From contig CAYFXU010000001.1 in the NCBI GenBank assembly GCA_964347145.1, forward strand, positions 1 through 54,602: a stretch of 54,602 nucleotides of DNA, written 5' to 3'. A program made the translations under genes and the position numbers. Of the stretch, positions 19,575-28,813 are shown piece after piece (within the stretch, counting starts at the first letter, position 1; each line of letters begins with the position of its first letter). The stretch comes from an uncultured Candidatus Bathyarchaeia archaeon (lineage in GTDB: Archaea > Thermoproteota > Bathyarchaeia > Bathyarchaeales > Bathyarchaeaceae). The notes beneath the pieces were generated by a model. It saw only the letters and a list, made by a program, of their open reading frames with translations. It made no database searches and had not been told where the DNA came from.

Positions 19575-20441
19575 CTACTTGACGAAGTCGATTACGGGTT
19601 TCGCGGAAATCATGTTTTTGTGAAGACCAAGTTCCTTTGGAGGAATCCCGAATGAGAGCCCAATAAGTTGCGTGAAATAAAGAATGGGAATCTCACGTTT
19701 GCTATCTATTTTCGCCATGACTTTGTGTTGTAAGGTCTCAAGGGCCATATGGCAAAGCGGGCACGTAACAGTGATGCACTGTGCCTCACGTTCCTTCGCC
19801 TCGGCGATGATCTCTTTTGTCAATTCGAAAGGCGTTTTCTGATCTGTCATTAGCAAACCTCCGCCGCAACATTTTGTTTTGCCAAAGAACTCTAGGGGTT
19901 CTCCACCTAAGTTTAAAACGAGTCTGTCAAGTAGCTCCGGGTCGTCTGGATCATCAAAATTGAGGATTTTGGATGGTCTAACTATCAGGCAACCGTAGTA
20001 GGAAACAGTTTTTAACTCTTTAAGCGGTTTTTGTACGCGTTCTTTTATCTTCTGCAGGCCTATGTCACTCAAAAACAAATCTAGAAGATGCTTTATTTCT
20101 AACTCACGAAAATTGTAGTTTAAGAGTTGATTTATCCTTCTCCTCAATTCTCCATTTTGAGAGAGCCTCCACTGGACTTTGACAAGATTATTTAAACATG
20201 CATTGCATGTCACTACCAGCTTATCTGATTCTTCCGACGCAATCTTCAAATTTCTGGCCGGCAAAGCCAACGAGAGCAGGGGATTCAGTGAACTAACTTC
20301 TAGTGCACCGCAACAATTCCAGTCTTCAATTTCTACGAGTTCTATGTCGAGCCTCTCGCAAACGGCGTTTGCAGATAGTTGGTATTCTTTTGCAGAAGAT
20401 TCAAGTGAACATCCTGGGTAATAAGAAATTCTCACCTTCAC
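19575..20441 (-). CDS. hdrB: HdrB CCG-domain subunit
   Basis: DWNCCGALE and KTKCCGGGL CCG motifs. 288 aa. 4-nt overlap with hdrC. Confidence 0.9.
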   Translation of the reverse strand: MKVRISYYPGCSLESSAKEYQLSANAVCERLDIELVEIEDWNCCGALEVSSLNPLLSLALPARNLKIASEESDKLVVTCNACLNNLVKVQWRLSQNGELRRRINQLLNYNFRELEIKHLLDLFLSDIGLQKIKERVQKPLKELKTVSYYGCLIVRPSKILNFDDPDDPELLDRLVLNLGGEPLEFFGKTKCCGGGLLMTDQKTPFELTKEIIAEAKEREAQCITVTCPLCHMALETLQHKVMAKIDSKREIPILYFTQLIGLSFGIPPKELGLHKNMISAKPVIDFVK

Positions 20442-21022
20442 ATCACCTGAGTCTCTTTGAATAGCTTGTCTATCTCCTTGAGGTCTTTGACTTTTTTCGG
20501 AAACAGGCTTAGTTTTCTCTTGCGAACCATCTTTAATCCCAGTGGAAAATACGACAGCATGAACTTCAGGTCTTTCCTTTTCAGTATATATTTCGTCATC
20601 AGCCCAGTCTCGAATACTCTTCCGTAGTGTCTTATGCTGTCTGCGAAGGTTGAATCAAACAAGAACGTTGGGCCTTTGATCTCGATGTTTCCTTTTTCCA
20701 GTTCTCTTATTGCAAGAATCTTTAGTGCTTCAACAACCTCAGCAAACTTCACATTTTGAGGACACCGTTCATAGCAGGTGTGACAGTGTACGCACTTCCA
20801 TATGGTTTCACTGGAAAGTAGTTCTTTCTTCATCCCGTATAGAATCATTCTGATTATCTTTCTTGGGTTGTAATCATTGTCGATTCTCCTTACGGGGCAT
20901 GAAACTGCACAAATGCCACAGTGAAAACATTGCTTCACGTTCTCACCACCTGGTTGGCTAGAAACTTCATATTTGAAATTCGGATCGAGATCACCAAAAT
21001 CAACTGTCTGTTTCTTTTCCAT
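20438..21022 (-). CDS. hdrC: HdrC 2x[4Fe-4S] subunit
   Basis: CFHCGICAVSCP and CVHCHTCYERCP. ATG start 8 nt downstream of the conserved promoter/leader element. Confidence 0.9.
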   Translation of the reverse strand: MEKKQTVDFGDLDPNFKYEVSSQPGGENVKQCFHCGICAVSCPVRRIDNDYNPRKIIRMILYGMKKELLSSETIWKCVHCHTCYERCPQNVKFAEVVEALKILAIRELEKGNIEIKGPTFLFDSTFADSIRHYGRVFETGLMTKYILKRKDLKFMLSYFPLGLKMVRKRKLSLFPKKVKDLKEIDKLFKETQVM

Positions 21023-21029
21023 TCCAAGC

Positions 21030-21099
21030 CACTTTGATGAAGCTTATTAGAGGTTTCTATGAAATAAATAATACTATTTATACATTTTGCTGTCAATTT
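21030..21099 (-). promoter_or_regulatory. Conserved promoter/leader element, copy 2 (upstream of minus-strand hdr operon)
   Basis: Its reverse complement is 64/70 nt identical to 7697..7766 and contains TATAAAT. Confidence 0.8.
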
Positions 21100-21238
21100 T
21101 TATGATGAAAACCATAAATATTCGTGCCCAACAATGGTCACAATAAGCGCCGCGCGTGCTTCCGTTTGATTTCATAGAGAAAGAGAGCATATATAATTGA
21201 AAACGCGGATTCCCTATTGGGCGCACGAAGAACAGTAG

Positions 21239-21898
21239 GTGAGAGATGATTTGGCTTCTTTGGGGAAGGTTGTGTGCTTGGTCTCCGGTGGAATAGATTC
21301 CCCTGTTGCTGCTTGGCTGCTCATCAAGAAAGGTTGTGTTCCCATATTCATTTATTATGACAATTATCCCTTCACTGGTGAAACCACTAAGCAACGGGCA
21401 TTGGATACAATAAAGAAGCTGAAGGAATATTCACGTGAGCAGAGGCTGAAGGTTTATGTAATTCCTCATGGTCCTGACTTGGTAGACATCTTGAGAAATA
21501 CCCCTAGGAAATTGACATGTGTTCTTTGTCGAAGGATGATGTACCGACTAGCTGAGAAGGTCGCAACAGTAGAGGGAGCCAATGCTGTAGTAACAGGAGA
21601 AATAATTGGCGAACACGCTAGTCAAACATTGAGAAACATACGTGTGGAAAACACCGCCGTGACAGACACCTGTGTTTTGAGACCCCTGGTGGCCATGGAC
21701 AAACTGGACGTAGAGCGTTTGGCCAGGAAGATTGGAACCTTTGAACTGTCGACGAGACCGGGTCTTTGCTGCAGTGCCACTCCTAAGTCACCTAGAACTC
21801 GTGCGTCTCTGGAAGAGGTCTTTGATGCTGAAGAGAAACTTGACGTGAAGAAAATGATTGAACGGGGCATGAAGAATGCCGAAATCCTTGAAGCTTGA
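21239..21898 (+). CDS. thiI: Stand-alone ThiI-like PP-loop ATP-pyrophosphatase / sulfurtransferase domain
   Basis: PP-loop motif CLVSGGIDSPVAAW; CVLC pair; C-terminal LCCSATP. Only 217 bp lie upstream, so no THUMP/NFLD domain can be encoded. Confidence 0.75.
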   Translation: MRDDLASLGKVVCLVSGGIDSPVAAWLLIKKGCVPIFIYYDNYPFTGETTKQRALDTIKKLKEYSREQRLKVYVIPHGPDLVDILRNTPRKLTCVLCRRMMYRLAEKVATVEGANAVVTGEIIGEHASQTLRNIRVENTAVTDTCVLRPLVAMDKLDVERLARKIGTFELSTRPGLCCSATPKSPRTRASLEEVFDAEEKLDVKKMIERGMKNAEILEA

Positions 21899-21926
21899 TT
21901 TTCCTATGTGTCCATGTACATGGCTT

Positions 21927-22271
21927 TCATTTGGCCTCAGCCTCTGAGGCTATTCTTAGGACATCTTCTGCTACTGCTTCGGCTTCGCTTTTGTTGAGAA
22001 CTCTTTTGATCAGAATTCTTCCGTCCTTGGAGAATGTTATTTCAGCTTCTTTGCAACTTTTTATGATTATGATGTGGGGGGTGTAAACGAGCAGTTCATA
22101 TTCCCTTGCTGCCTCAAATAGTTGCTTCAGCCGGTACATGTCGAAATAGTTTTTTCGTCGAAGTTTCACTTCGTACGCAGCTTTGTCTGAACAAAGCTTG
22201 ACGAAAAACGGTGTTACATCCTTATTTGCCTTCCACATTAAGATCCCGAAGTGCACGATGTTTGTCTTCAA
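21927..22271 (-). CDS. Hypothetical protein
   Basis: 114-aa ORF, last gene of the apparent menA-FeS-hyp minus-strand unit. No family recognised by eye. Confidence 0.5.
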   Translation of the reverse strand: MKTNIVHFGILMWKANKDVTPFFVKLCSDKAAYEVKLRRKNYFDMYRLKQLFEAAREYELLVYTPHIIIIKSCKEAEITFSKDGRILIKRVLNKSEAEAVAEDVLRIASEAEAK

Positions 22272-22277
22272 AGAAAG

Positions 22278-23264
22278 TTAAGACGTTTCTGAGATTAATT
22301 TCGTTGCCTCCGAGGGACATGTCGTGGTGCAAAGGCCACATCCATAACAGTTTTCTTTGATAACGAAACTTTTTCCGTTATCAAGTTTCCTCGCGTTGAA
22401 GATGCATCTTTTTATGCATGTGCCACAACCATCACATGTGTCTAAATCAACTTTTGCTGTCAATCCCGATTTTGCTATGTGATGTTTAACGCCGTAGTGC
22501 ATGAGCGTTCTTAGATATACACAGCAACACGGACAACAACTGCAGATGTCGAAGGCTTCACCTCTAAGCCAATCGGTGTAAAGGACCTGATGCACAAGGC
22601 CGTGTTCGTTCGCTAGATGCAAGACTCGCTTTGCTTCTTCAAGAGAGATATTTTCTGCAACTCCTCGTTCTACAAGTTCGTCGGAGAATTCGTCTAGTCC
22701 CAGACATGTTCGAATGTGTTGGTGACAGTTCTTATATGCCACTCGACACTCGCAGTCACGAAGCGAGAATGAACTCGCATTTTCTAGAACGTTAATAGCC
22801 GTCTCATAGGGCAGGATGATCGTAACCGGTTCCAGAACAGCCTGAGGAACAGGGAACACTTTTCCTTCAGGAAAAGGGTTGGTTCTTCCCCGTTTTACAT
22901 GTTCTTCTAAGTGGTAGTTTGCTAGAGCAACGACATATTTGCCTAAAACGTTTCCTCTGCCCTCAGAAATATACCTATCAACTATCCTCTCGAATGATTT
23001 TGTCGAATAATGTGCTTTTCCGTTTGTTCTCTTCTTGAGGAAACCTCTGATAAATAAACTGTGAACCTTTGATTCTGTTGAATTGCTTGATAAATTCGAT
23101 AATCTGGATAGTTCATCAATCGACTGCTCTCTTTCTGAGAGTCTAAGGAGTAGTTCAACCTCATCTTGTTTTACTATTAATGGAAGTACATCCGCAAACA
23201 TAGGTGGCGTCTTAAGAGCTTTGGCCAATTGTCTATAGTCAACAAGACACATGTAATTCACCAT
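22278..23264 (-). CDS. Cys-rich Fe-S protein with N-terminal winged-helix-like region and C-terminal 2x[4Fe-4S] ferredoxin domain
   Basis: CDGCGTCIKRC and CYGCGLCTTTCP motifs, plus an unusual CSCCPCCC cluster and CECRVAYKNC. Confidence 0.7.
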   Translation of the reverse strand: MVNYMCLVDYRQLAKALKTPPMFADVLPLIVKQDEVELLLRLSEREQSIDELSRLSNLSSNSTESKVHSLFIRGFLKKRTNGKAHYSTKSFERIVDRYISEGRGNVLGKYVVALANYHLEEHVKRGRTNPFPEGKVFPVPQAVLEPVTIILPYETAINVLENASSFSLRDCECRVAYKNCHQHIRTCLGLDEFSDELVERGVAENISLEEAKRVLHLANEHGLVHQVLYTDWLRGEAFDICSCCPCCCVYLRTLMHYGVKHHIAKSGLTAKVDLDTCDGCGTCIKRCIFNARKLDNGKSFVIKENCYGCGLCTTTCPSEATKLISETS

Positions 23265-23327
23265 TCATGTACGAATTCTTCTCGAAGACTGGCGTGCGCG
23301 CGCGCTCTTTTTTGCACCTGCAATTTC

Positions 23328-24284
23328 TCATAAGCCCGCCATGTAGCCACTGACAACGTATGCTATGCACAACAGTAGACCCGTGAACAGGTGCACGAGA
23401 ACCGTACCAGCATTCGCCGGAATAAGCTTTCGCGGATCTCCATAATTTCTCCTGGCCACATACACTGCTCTTATGGCCAGTGGAGCCGTTAGAAATGAAA
23501 GTAAAGTGAGCACCGGCATCAGCGACAAGGAGACCCCCAACAGTATTACAGCGTAGGTGAAAAACATGAGCAGGCCATAGACATCCGCAGCCCGTTTTCT
23601 TCCAATTCTAGTTACCAAAGTCTTTTTTCCAGCCTTGGCGTCTGCGTAATAATCTGGAATTTCGTTTATCCAGAGCACTTCGAGAATCAATATTCCTAGA
23701 GGAATTGATGCAACTATTGGTTCTAAAGCTATAATTTGTGTTTGCACATAATAGCTTCCTGCGACTGTGAGTGGTCCGCAGTTAAGACCTACAATGAACT
23801 CGCCAATCCCACGTGGGGCCAACTGAGTCGTATAGAAATATCCTGAAAAGACTCCTGTAAGGCCGAGAACGACAATAACCCACCCTCGAGTCACAGCAAG
23901 GATTACTCCAATAAGGCCAGCGAAAATGAAGGAAATTAGAGAAGCGATGTACACTTTTCTGGGATTTAGGATACCTCTAGGAAGTAAGCCACTTCCGCCA
24001 CTGAATGGTGAACTAAAATCGGTGTCGACGAAATCGCATCCACTCTTGTAGTCAAAATAATCATTTGCAAGATTTGTTCCAGCATTTACACACACCGCGC
24101 CTATCAAACTCAAGACGAAATACGTCAGGTTAAAAGTTCTGAACGAAAACCAAGCTACTGCGGTGCCGAGGATCACTGGAATCAAAACGGCTGTAAAAAA
24201 GGGTGCTCTCAACTCCTTAATCCATACCAGAAAGGTTGCTGTCTTGGTTTGAGTTTTCCCTGACAGTTTTCGTCCCTCTAACAT
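23328..24284 (-). CDS. menA: UbiA-superfamily prenyltransferase, MenA-like (1,4-dihydroxy-2-naphthoate polyprenyltransferase type)
   Basis: 318 aa, polytopic. First Asp-rich motif NLANDYFDYKSG and second motif NEIPDYYADAKAGKKTLVTRIG are characteristic of the MenA subgroup. Confidence 0.75.
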   Translation of the reverse strand: MLEGRKLSGKTQTKTATFLVWIKELRAPFFTAVLIPVILGTAVAWFSFRTFNLTYFVLSLIGAVCVNAGTNLANDYFDYKSGCDFVDTDFSSPFSGGSGLLPRGILNPRKVYIASLISFIFAGLIGVILAVTRGWVIVVLGLTGVFSGYFYTTQLAPRGIGEFIVGLNCGPLTVAGSYYVQTQIIALEPIVASIPLGILILEVLWINEIPDYYADAKAGKKTLVTRIGRKRAADVYGLLMFFTYAVILLGVSLSLMPVLTLLSFLTAPLAIRAVYVARRNYGDPRKLIPANAGTVLVHLFTGLLLCIAYVVSGYMAGL

Positions 24285-24320
24285 GACACCTTTTTGATCT
24301 ATTGTGGTGAATCAAAACAT

Positions 24321-24343
24321 ATTAAATGTTATTAAATGTTATT
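24321..24343. repeat. Tandem 10-mer ATTAAATGTT x2.3 in the menA/PKD-gene divergent spacer
   Basis: attaaatgtt attaaatgtt att. On the minus strand this duplicates a TTTAAT TATA-like box 40-55 nt upstream of the menA ATG. Confidence 0.6.
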
Positions 24344-24632
24344 GCAAAAAAGCTTTCTACCAAGAATTAGACACTGACGGTTCTTTTCCATTTGCGTGTA
24401 TTGGCTCATACGTGCACGCAATAAAAAGTTGCGGCATGACCAGCACGAGATCTCGTTTCTTCTTTCCACCCCACTGCGGATGCAAAAGAGAAAGAACAGC
24501 TGCTGAGAAAAAAACAAATAGCTGCGCCAGAAGATTGAATAGATGATACTTCTATAACTTAACCTCACAAGATTTAATATATAAAATGGACCTCTAGGAT
24601 TTTAGAATGGAAGAGGTCAGGAGATTAGCAAT

Positions 24633-26525
24633 TTGAAGAAGTCCCGACTTTTGAATTTTCTCCTAATCGCATTGGCATTGTGTATGGGAATTGCCGCAGT
24701 GTTATACATGAAAACTCCGTCAGTAATAGCATGGCCAGATTTTGCCCAAGCCTGTAGCAGCTGTCATGATCTCGACGTTGGTGTCACAACCACTGCGAGT
24801 GTGTCAGAGTTGAGTTTGATGCCAGGTGAAACATCCCAAGCCTTTACAATAACGGTGAATGGAGCCGGATATCATCAAGGCCTCACTGGTTCTGCCCTTC
24901 GACTGCCTTTTGGCTGGACTGGTTCGGAAGATTATGCGTTTGGCAATTCAACAGAAACTGACGGAGAATGGTATTGGACGGAGACTCGCGAAGATCCAGA
25001 TCATATTGAAATGTTCACCGCCACAATAACGGTGCCTACCGATGCCACCGAGGGTGACTATACCATCGATGTGTGGGGAGCCGGAGACAACGTTGATGGC
25101 AATAAAGCGTCGGATTCGACGACGATCACAGTGACAGTCATCGTTGTTTCACCCCCTGTTGCTTCCTTCACTTTTTCACCTGAGTCTCCGATTGTGGATG
25201 AAGAAGTGACTTTCAACGCTTCTACTAGCCATGATGCTGACGGTACCATTGTAAGTTATGATTGGGATTTTGGTGATGGAACTACTGGTTCTGGAGTAAC
25301 TGTTGCTCATACATACACGGCTGACGGCAGCTACAGTGTTACATTAACCGTTACCGACAACGATGACCTATCAGACAGTGCTACTCAAGAAGTCACCGTG
25401 TCTACTCTCCAGCTTCAGCCTCCCGTTGCTTCCTTTACATTTGAACCTCAAACTCCAGTTGTGAATGAGACGGTGACATTCAACGCTACAGACAGCCATG
25501 ATCCAGATGGAACCATAATCAGCTACGATTGGGACTTCGGCGATGGCACAATCCTCAGCGAAATCAACCCAGTCGCAGCGCATGATTACGCAGTGGAAGG
25601 ATCATATCTCGTGAAACTCACCGTCGTGGATAATGATGCGCTGAACGACACAGACACAGCTTCTATAACTGTTTCATCGGCAATAGAACACGACATAAAG
25701 ATCACAAACGTCACAGCATTTCCGACAGAGGTAACGATTGGCGATTCATTGTCCATTAACGTCGATCTTGAAAATGAAGGCGATATGTCCGAGACCTTCA
25801 ACGTAACCTCATACTACGACACCACAGTGATCGAAACCAAAACCGTTACAGACTTGGCCTCACACAGCGAAGTAAGATTAAACTTCACATGGAATACTCT
25901 AGGAGTCTCTGAGGGAAACTACACAATAAAGGCCGTGGCAAGCACTGTTTCCGGGGAGACAGATACCGATGACAACTCATATATCGACGGCACAGTCAGC
26001 GTTACTTTCGCCCTAATTGGCAAGGCATCTGTGGATCTTGACCCGGATACGTTAAACCTTAAGAGCCATGGCAGATGGGTAAGTTGTTACATAGAGCTTC
26101 CTGAAGGCTATGATGTGGATGATGTTGACCGAGCAACGATACTGTTGAATGGAACCATTCCAGTTGATCCGTTCTGGGTTGATAAGCCCCTTGAATCTGT
26201 CGTTGGAGACCACGATAGTGACACAATTCTTGACTTGATGGTTAAGTTCAATAGAATGTCGGTAAGTGACTATCTTCTTGATCATAACGTAGCGTTTGGA
26301 AACGTGACTCTGACATTAACAATGCAACTCTACGATGGTACACCATTCGAAGGCAGCGACACAATCAAAGTGTTGCCGAAAGCAAGCCGAGTCTCTCTCA
26401 AAGGAGCGAAATCCTATGGACTTGTCCCTAACCCACTGATGTTCCTCTTTGCTGTAACCGTTCCAGTCGTTTTTGATAGAGCGAAGACAGTCAGGAAGAA
26501 TGTTTTCGCGGCGCGTCCATCATAG
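24633..26525 (+). CDS. Surface protein: signal/anchor, monohaem CxxCH + beta-sandwich module, 2x PKD, CARDB-like, Ig-like domain, C-terminal hydrophobic anchor
   Basis: N-terminal TM LLNFLLIALALCMGIAAVLYM; haem motif CSSCH. Two PKD repeats (VSYDWDFGDGT...YSVTLTVTDND; ISYDWDFGDGT...YLVKLTVVDND). CARDB-like INVDLENEGDMSETFNV. C-terminal PLMFLFAVTVPVVF. TTG start. Confidence 0.85.
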   Translation: MKKSRLLNFLLIALALCMGIAAVLYMKTPSVIAWPDFAQACSSCHDLDVGVTTTASVSELSLMPGETSQAFTITVNGAGYHQGLTGSALRLPFGWTGSEDYAFGNSTETDGEWYWTETREDPDHIEMFTATITVPTDATEGDYTIDVWGAGDNVDGNKASDSTTITVTVIVVSPPVASFTFSPESPIVDEEVTFNASTSHDADGTIVSYDWDFGDGTTGSGVTVAHTYTADGSYSVTLTVTDNDDLSDSATQEVTVSTLQLQPPVASFTFEPQTPVVNETVTFNATDSHDPDGTIISYDWDFGDGTILSEINPVAAHDYAVEGSYLVKLTVVDNDALNDTDTASITVSSAIEHDIKITNVTAFPTEVTIGDSLSINVDLENEGDMSETFNVTSYYDTTVIETKTVTDLASHSEVRLNFTWNTLGVSEGNYTIKAVASTVSGETDTDDNSYIDGTVSVTFALIGKASVDLDPDTLNLKSHGRWVSCYIELPEGYDVDDVDRATILLNGTIPVDPFWVDKPLESVVGDHDSDTILDLMVKFNRMSVSDYLLDHNVAFGNVTLTLTMQLYDGTPFEGSDTIKVLPKASRVSLKGAKSYGLVPNPLMFLFAVTVPVVFDRAKTVRKNVFAARPS

Positions 26526-26548
26526 AATTTCGTGTGCATGCGCCAAAG

Positions 26549-27220
26549 CTATACGCTTTTGCCGTAGTTTCCAGCGAGAGCAATAAAGTCGTCGTAGTCA
26601 ACGTCGCCGTCGGCGTCGAAGTCCGTGGCCTGAACAAAGGCTGGATCTCCGCTGCTAGATCCGTAGGCTCCAGCCAAAACTATAAAGTCGTCGTAGTCAA
26701 CATCTCGGTCGCCATCGCAATCACCAGGAACGCTCACAACTATAGTCAAAGAAGCCGTGTTCCAGAGGTCGTCCTGATCTTTTCTCCCATCACCATCACC
26801 TGAGAAGCCAGCAACATGCATAGTCACACTTCCATAAGTTGAAGGCGATGTCCAATCAAATGACCAGCTTATTTGCGACATTCCAGCGACGGTTTGTACG
26901 ATTTCTGTTTCCAGCAATTGAGTATTTGTTGAATCCGTAACGGCAAGCGTACCGTTGGTAATTGAAACATCCAAACCGTTAGCTGCTAGTGGCCCACCAC
27001 TCACAGTGACAGTGTAAGCATACGTCGTATCAGGTACTACAATAGTTCGCCCAGAGATTGTAACTCCTACGCTTGGGCTGAAATTTGAAGAGTGGCAGGT
27101 GCATCCGACCGTGGAGTACCCTGAGATTCCATCGCTCTTGGCTAGAATCGTAGTGGAAACTGCCATAAAAGATACAAAGAGAATAACAAATGCCGAAATT
27201 AAAGCTTCAAGTTTATTCAT
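26549..27220 (-). CDS. Secreted monohaem CxxCH + beta-sandwich module fused to a C-terminal double dockerin-like repeat
   Basis: Signal peptide ALISAFVILFVSFMAVS; haem motif GCTCHS. Two Ca-binding-type repeats: DCDGDRDVDYDDFIVLAGAYG and DADGDVDYDDFIALAGNYG. Confidence 0.8.
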   Translation of the reverse strand: MNKLEALISAFVILFVSFMAVSTTILAKSDGISGYSTVGCTCHSSNFSPSVGVTISGRTIVVPDTTYAYTVTVSGGPLAANGLDVSITNGTLAVTDSTNTQLLETEIVQTVAGMSQISWSFDWTSPSTYGSVTMHVAGFSGDGDGRKDQDDLWNTASLTIVVSVPGDCDGDRDVDYDDFIVLAGAYGSSSGDPAFVQATDFDADGDVDYDDFIALAGNYGKSV

Positions 27221-27456
27221 TTTTCTCCCTCAGCAAATTAGTATGATTGTTATGACACTTATAAACATTAAGCTTGTCCCTTTCTAGGCACGCATGTGTG
27301 CAGCCGTTTTTCTTGCCAGTTGGTTTGGCTTGTCTATCAAGCTTTTGTGGGTACTTTGAAGATTTTGGGATCTTCGTTCTTCTATTCTTTTCAGTTTCAT
27401 TCTTTGCAAGAACGAGAATTTCAAGACCGCCGATAGAACTAGTTAGACGGAGTCAC

Positions 27457-28143
27457 CTACTCTTCTAACACAAATTTGAAAGTCAAATTCGCCACGGCTA
27501 CAACAGAAAGCAGAAAGGCAAGGAGTAATCTTAATTCCGACATTACGTCTACTGAAGCGGCACTGTTTATGATTTTGACGGTCGCCAGAACCGACGGAAT
27601 AAGCACGGGGACGCAAACGGGAAAAAGTATAAAGGATAGAAGGAGCGTTTTTCCCTCTGAAAACATAACGAGACCGGAAACAAAGGAACCAGCTATTGAC
27701 AGATCAGTAACCCCGAGTATTAAGATAAGCAGAAAATCCAAAAGTCCTCCAGGGATCTTGAGATTCAAGAATACAAAAGAGAAGGGAAGCATCACTCCTT
27801 CCACAAGGAGAAGTAGCACCATAGCGTAGAGGATCTTTCCAAAAAGTATTGATGCCGGTGAGCATGGGAGGGTTTTGAGGCCTCCAAGAGTTCCTCGATC
27901 CATCTCTCTAGTGAAAGACGTCGTGAAGGTTAAAACGCTGGCGAAGAAAAGGATTATCCACAAAGCTGCTGAAGTCACCTCTGGACTAGCAGTTATGGCA
28001 CCACCCCAAGCAAAACTGCAAATGAGAATTGAACTCACTGAAAAGGTTAGAATAGATAGGATTTCATAGGCTCTCTTGAACTCCACCGCAAGATCTTTTG
28101 CAGCTATTCTAAAAGCCGCTGAGAAAAAACCCATGAGTGTCAC
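27457..28143 (-). CDS. ccmB: Haem exporter permease CcmB
   Basis: 228 aa with 6 hydrophobic helices. GTG start forms a GTGA overlap with the ccmA stop. Sits in the expected ccmAB position. Confidence 0.85.
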   Translation of the reverse strand: MTLMGFFSAAFRIAAKDLAVEFKRAYEILSILTFSVSSILICSFAWGGAITASPEVTSAALWIILFFASVLTFTTSFTREMDRGTLGGLKTLPCSPASILFGKILYAMVLLLLVEGVMLPFSFVFLNLKIPGGLLDFLLILILGVTDLSIAGSFVSGLVMFSEGKTLLLSFILFPVCVPVLIPSVLATVKIINSAASVDVMSELRLLLAFLLSVVAVANLTFKFVLEE

Positions 28144-28781
28144 CTGAAAAAGGTGTCTTGAACCAGTTTTCCTTTTTCAAGAAAAAGGCTCCTTTTGCAG
28201 AGTTGTTTTGCCCATTCAACTGAGTGGGATGACACTAACAGAGTTTTTCCTTTTAGAGTCTTGAGGTAACTCACTAAAAAGTTTCGGGTTTCTTCATCCA
28301 ATCCAGCGAAAAGTTCGTCAAGCAAAATTAGGTCTGGGTTATGAATTAATGCCCTGGCTATGTCTGCCCTTTTCCTCAAACCATACGACAATTGCTTCAC
28401 GGGAACCTTGCGCCAACTCTTCAAATTTAAGAAGTCAATTAATTCCGGGTCGTCTTGGTCCACAGAGAAAAGCCTTCCGTAAAACCGCAAATTTTCTTCG
28501 ACACTGAGTTCGTCATAGAGAAAACTTTCGTGAGCCACGAAGCCTATTCGCTTTCTCACAATCTCACCGTCCTTAAAGGCATTCCGCCCGTGAATCTTTA
28601 CTACGCCAGATGATGGAAGAACGTGCGTAGCTAGGATCCTCATCAACGTTGACTTTCCCGCTCCGTTAGGACCCAAGACAGCTACGGATTCGCCTTCATC
28701 GATTTCAATTGTGAACGGCTTCAGGGCCCATATATAACCGTACTTTTTTGAGACATTGAGAATTTCAACAGCGACAGTTAT
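28140..28781 (-). CDS. ccmA: ABC ATPase CcmA; the start is probably a non-canonical AUA
   Basis: Walker A GPNGAGKST, signature LSYGLRKR, Walker B LILLDE. The track ORF starts inside Walker A at a TTG. The in-frame upstream sequence ITVAVEILNVSKKYGYIWALKPFTIEIDEGESVAV is the conserved ABC N-terminus. It contains no ATG/GTG/TTG. GGAGG-N8-ATA is present at 28794..28779. Confidence 0.8.
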   Translation of the reverse strand: MTVAVEILNVSKKYGYIWALKPFTIEIDEGESVAVLGPNGAGKSTLMRILATHVLPSSGVVKIHGRNAFKDGEIVRKRIGFVAHESFLYDELSVEENLRFYGRLFSVDQDDPELIDFLNLKSWRKVPVKQLSYGLRKRADIARALIHNPDLILLDELFAGLDEETRNFLVSYLKTLKGKTLLVSSHSVEWAKQLCKRSLFLEKGKLVQDTFFR

Positions 28782-28813
28782 TGTCCCGTCCTCCTCGTCT
28801 ATGTGATTCGACT

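Noticed and set aside
24304-24568. 80-aa (+) and 78-aa (-) ORFs in the menA/PKD-gene divergent spacer
   Set aside because: They overlap each other on opposite strands, have AT-rich non-coding-like composition and no RBS. This is most likely a 350-bp divergent promoter region.
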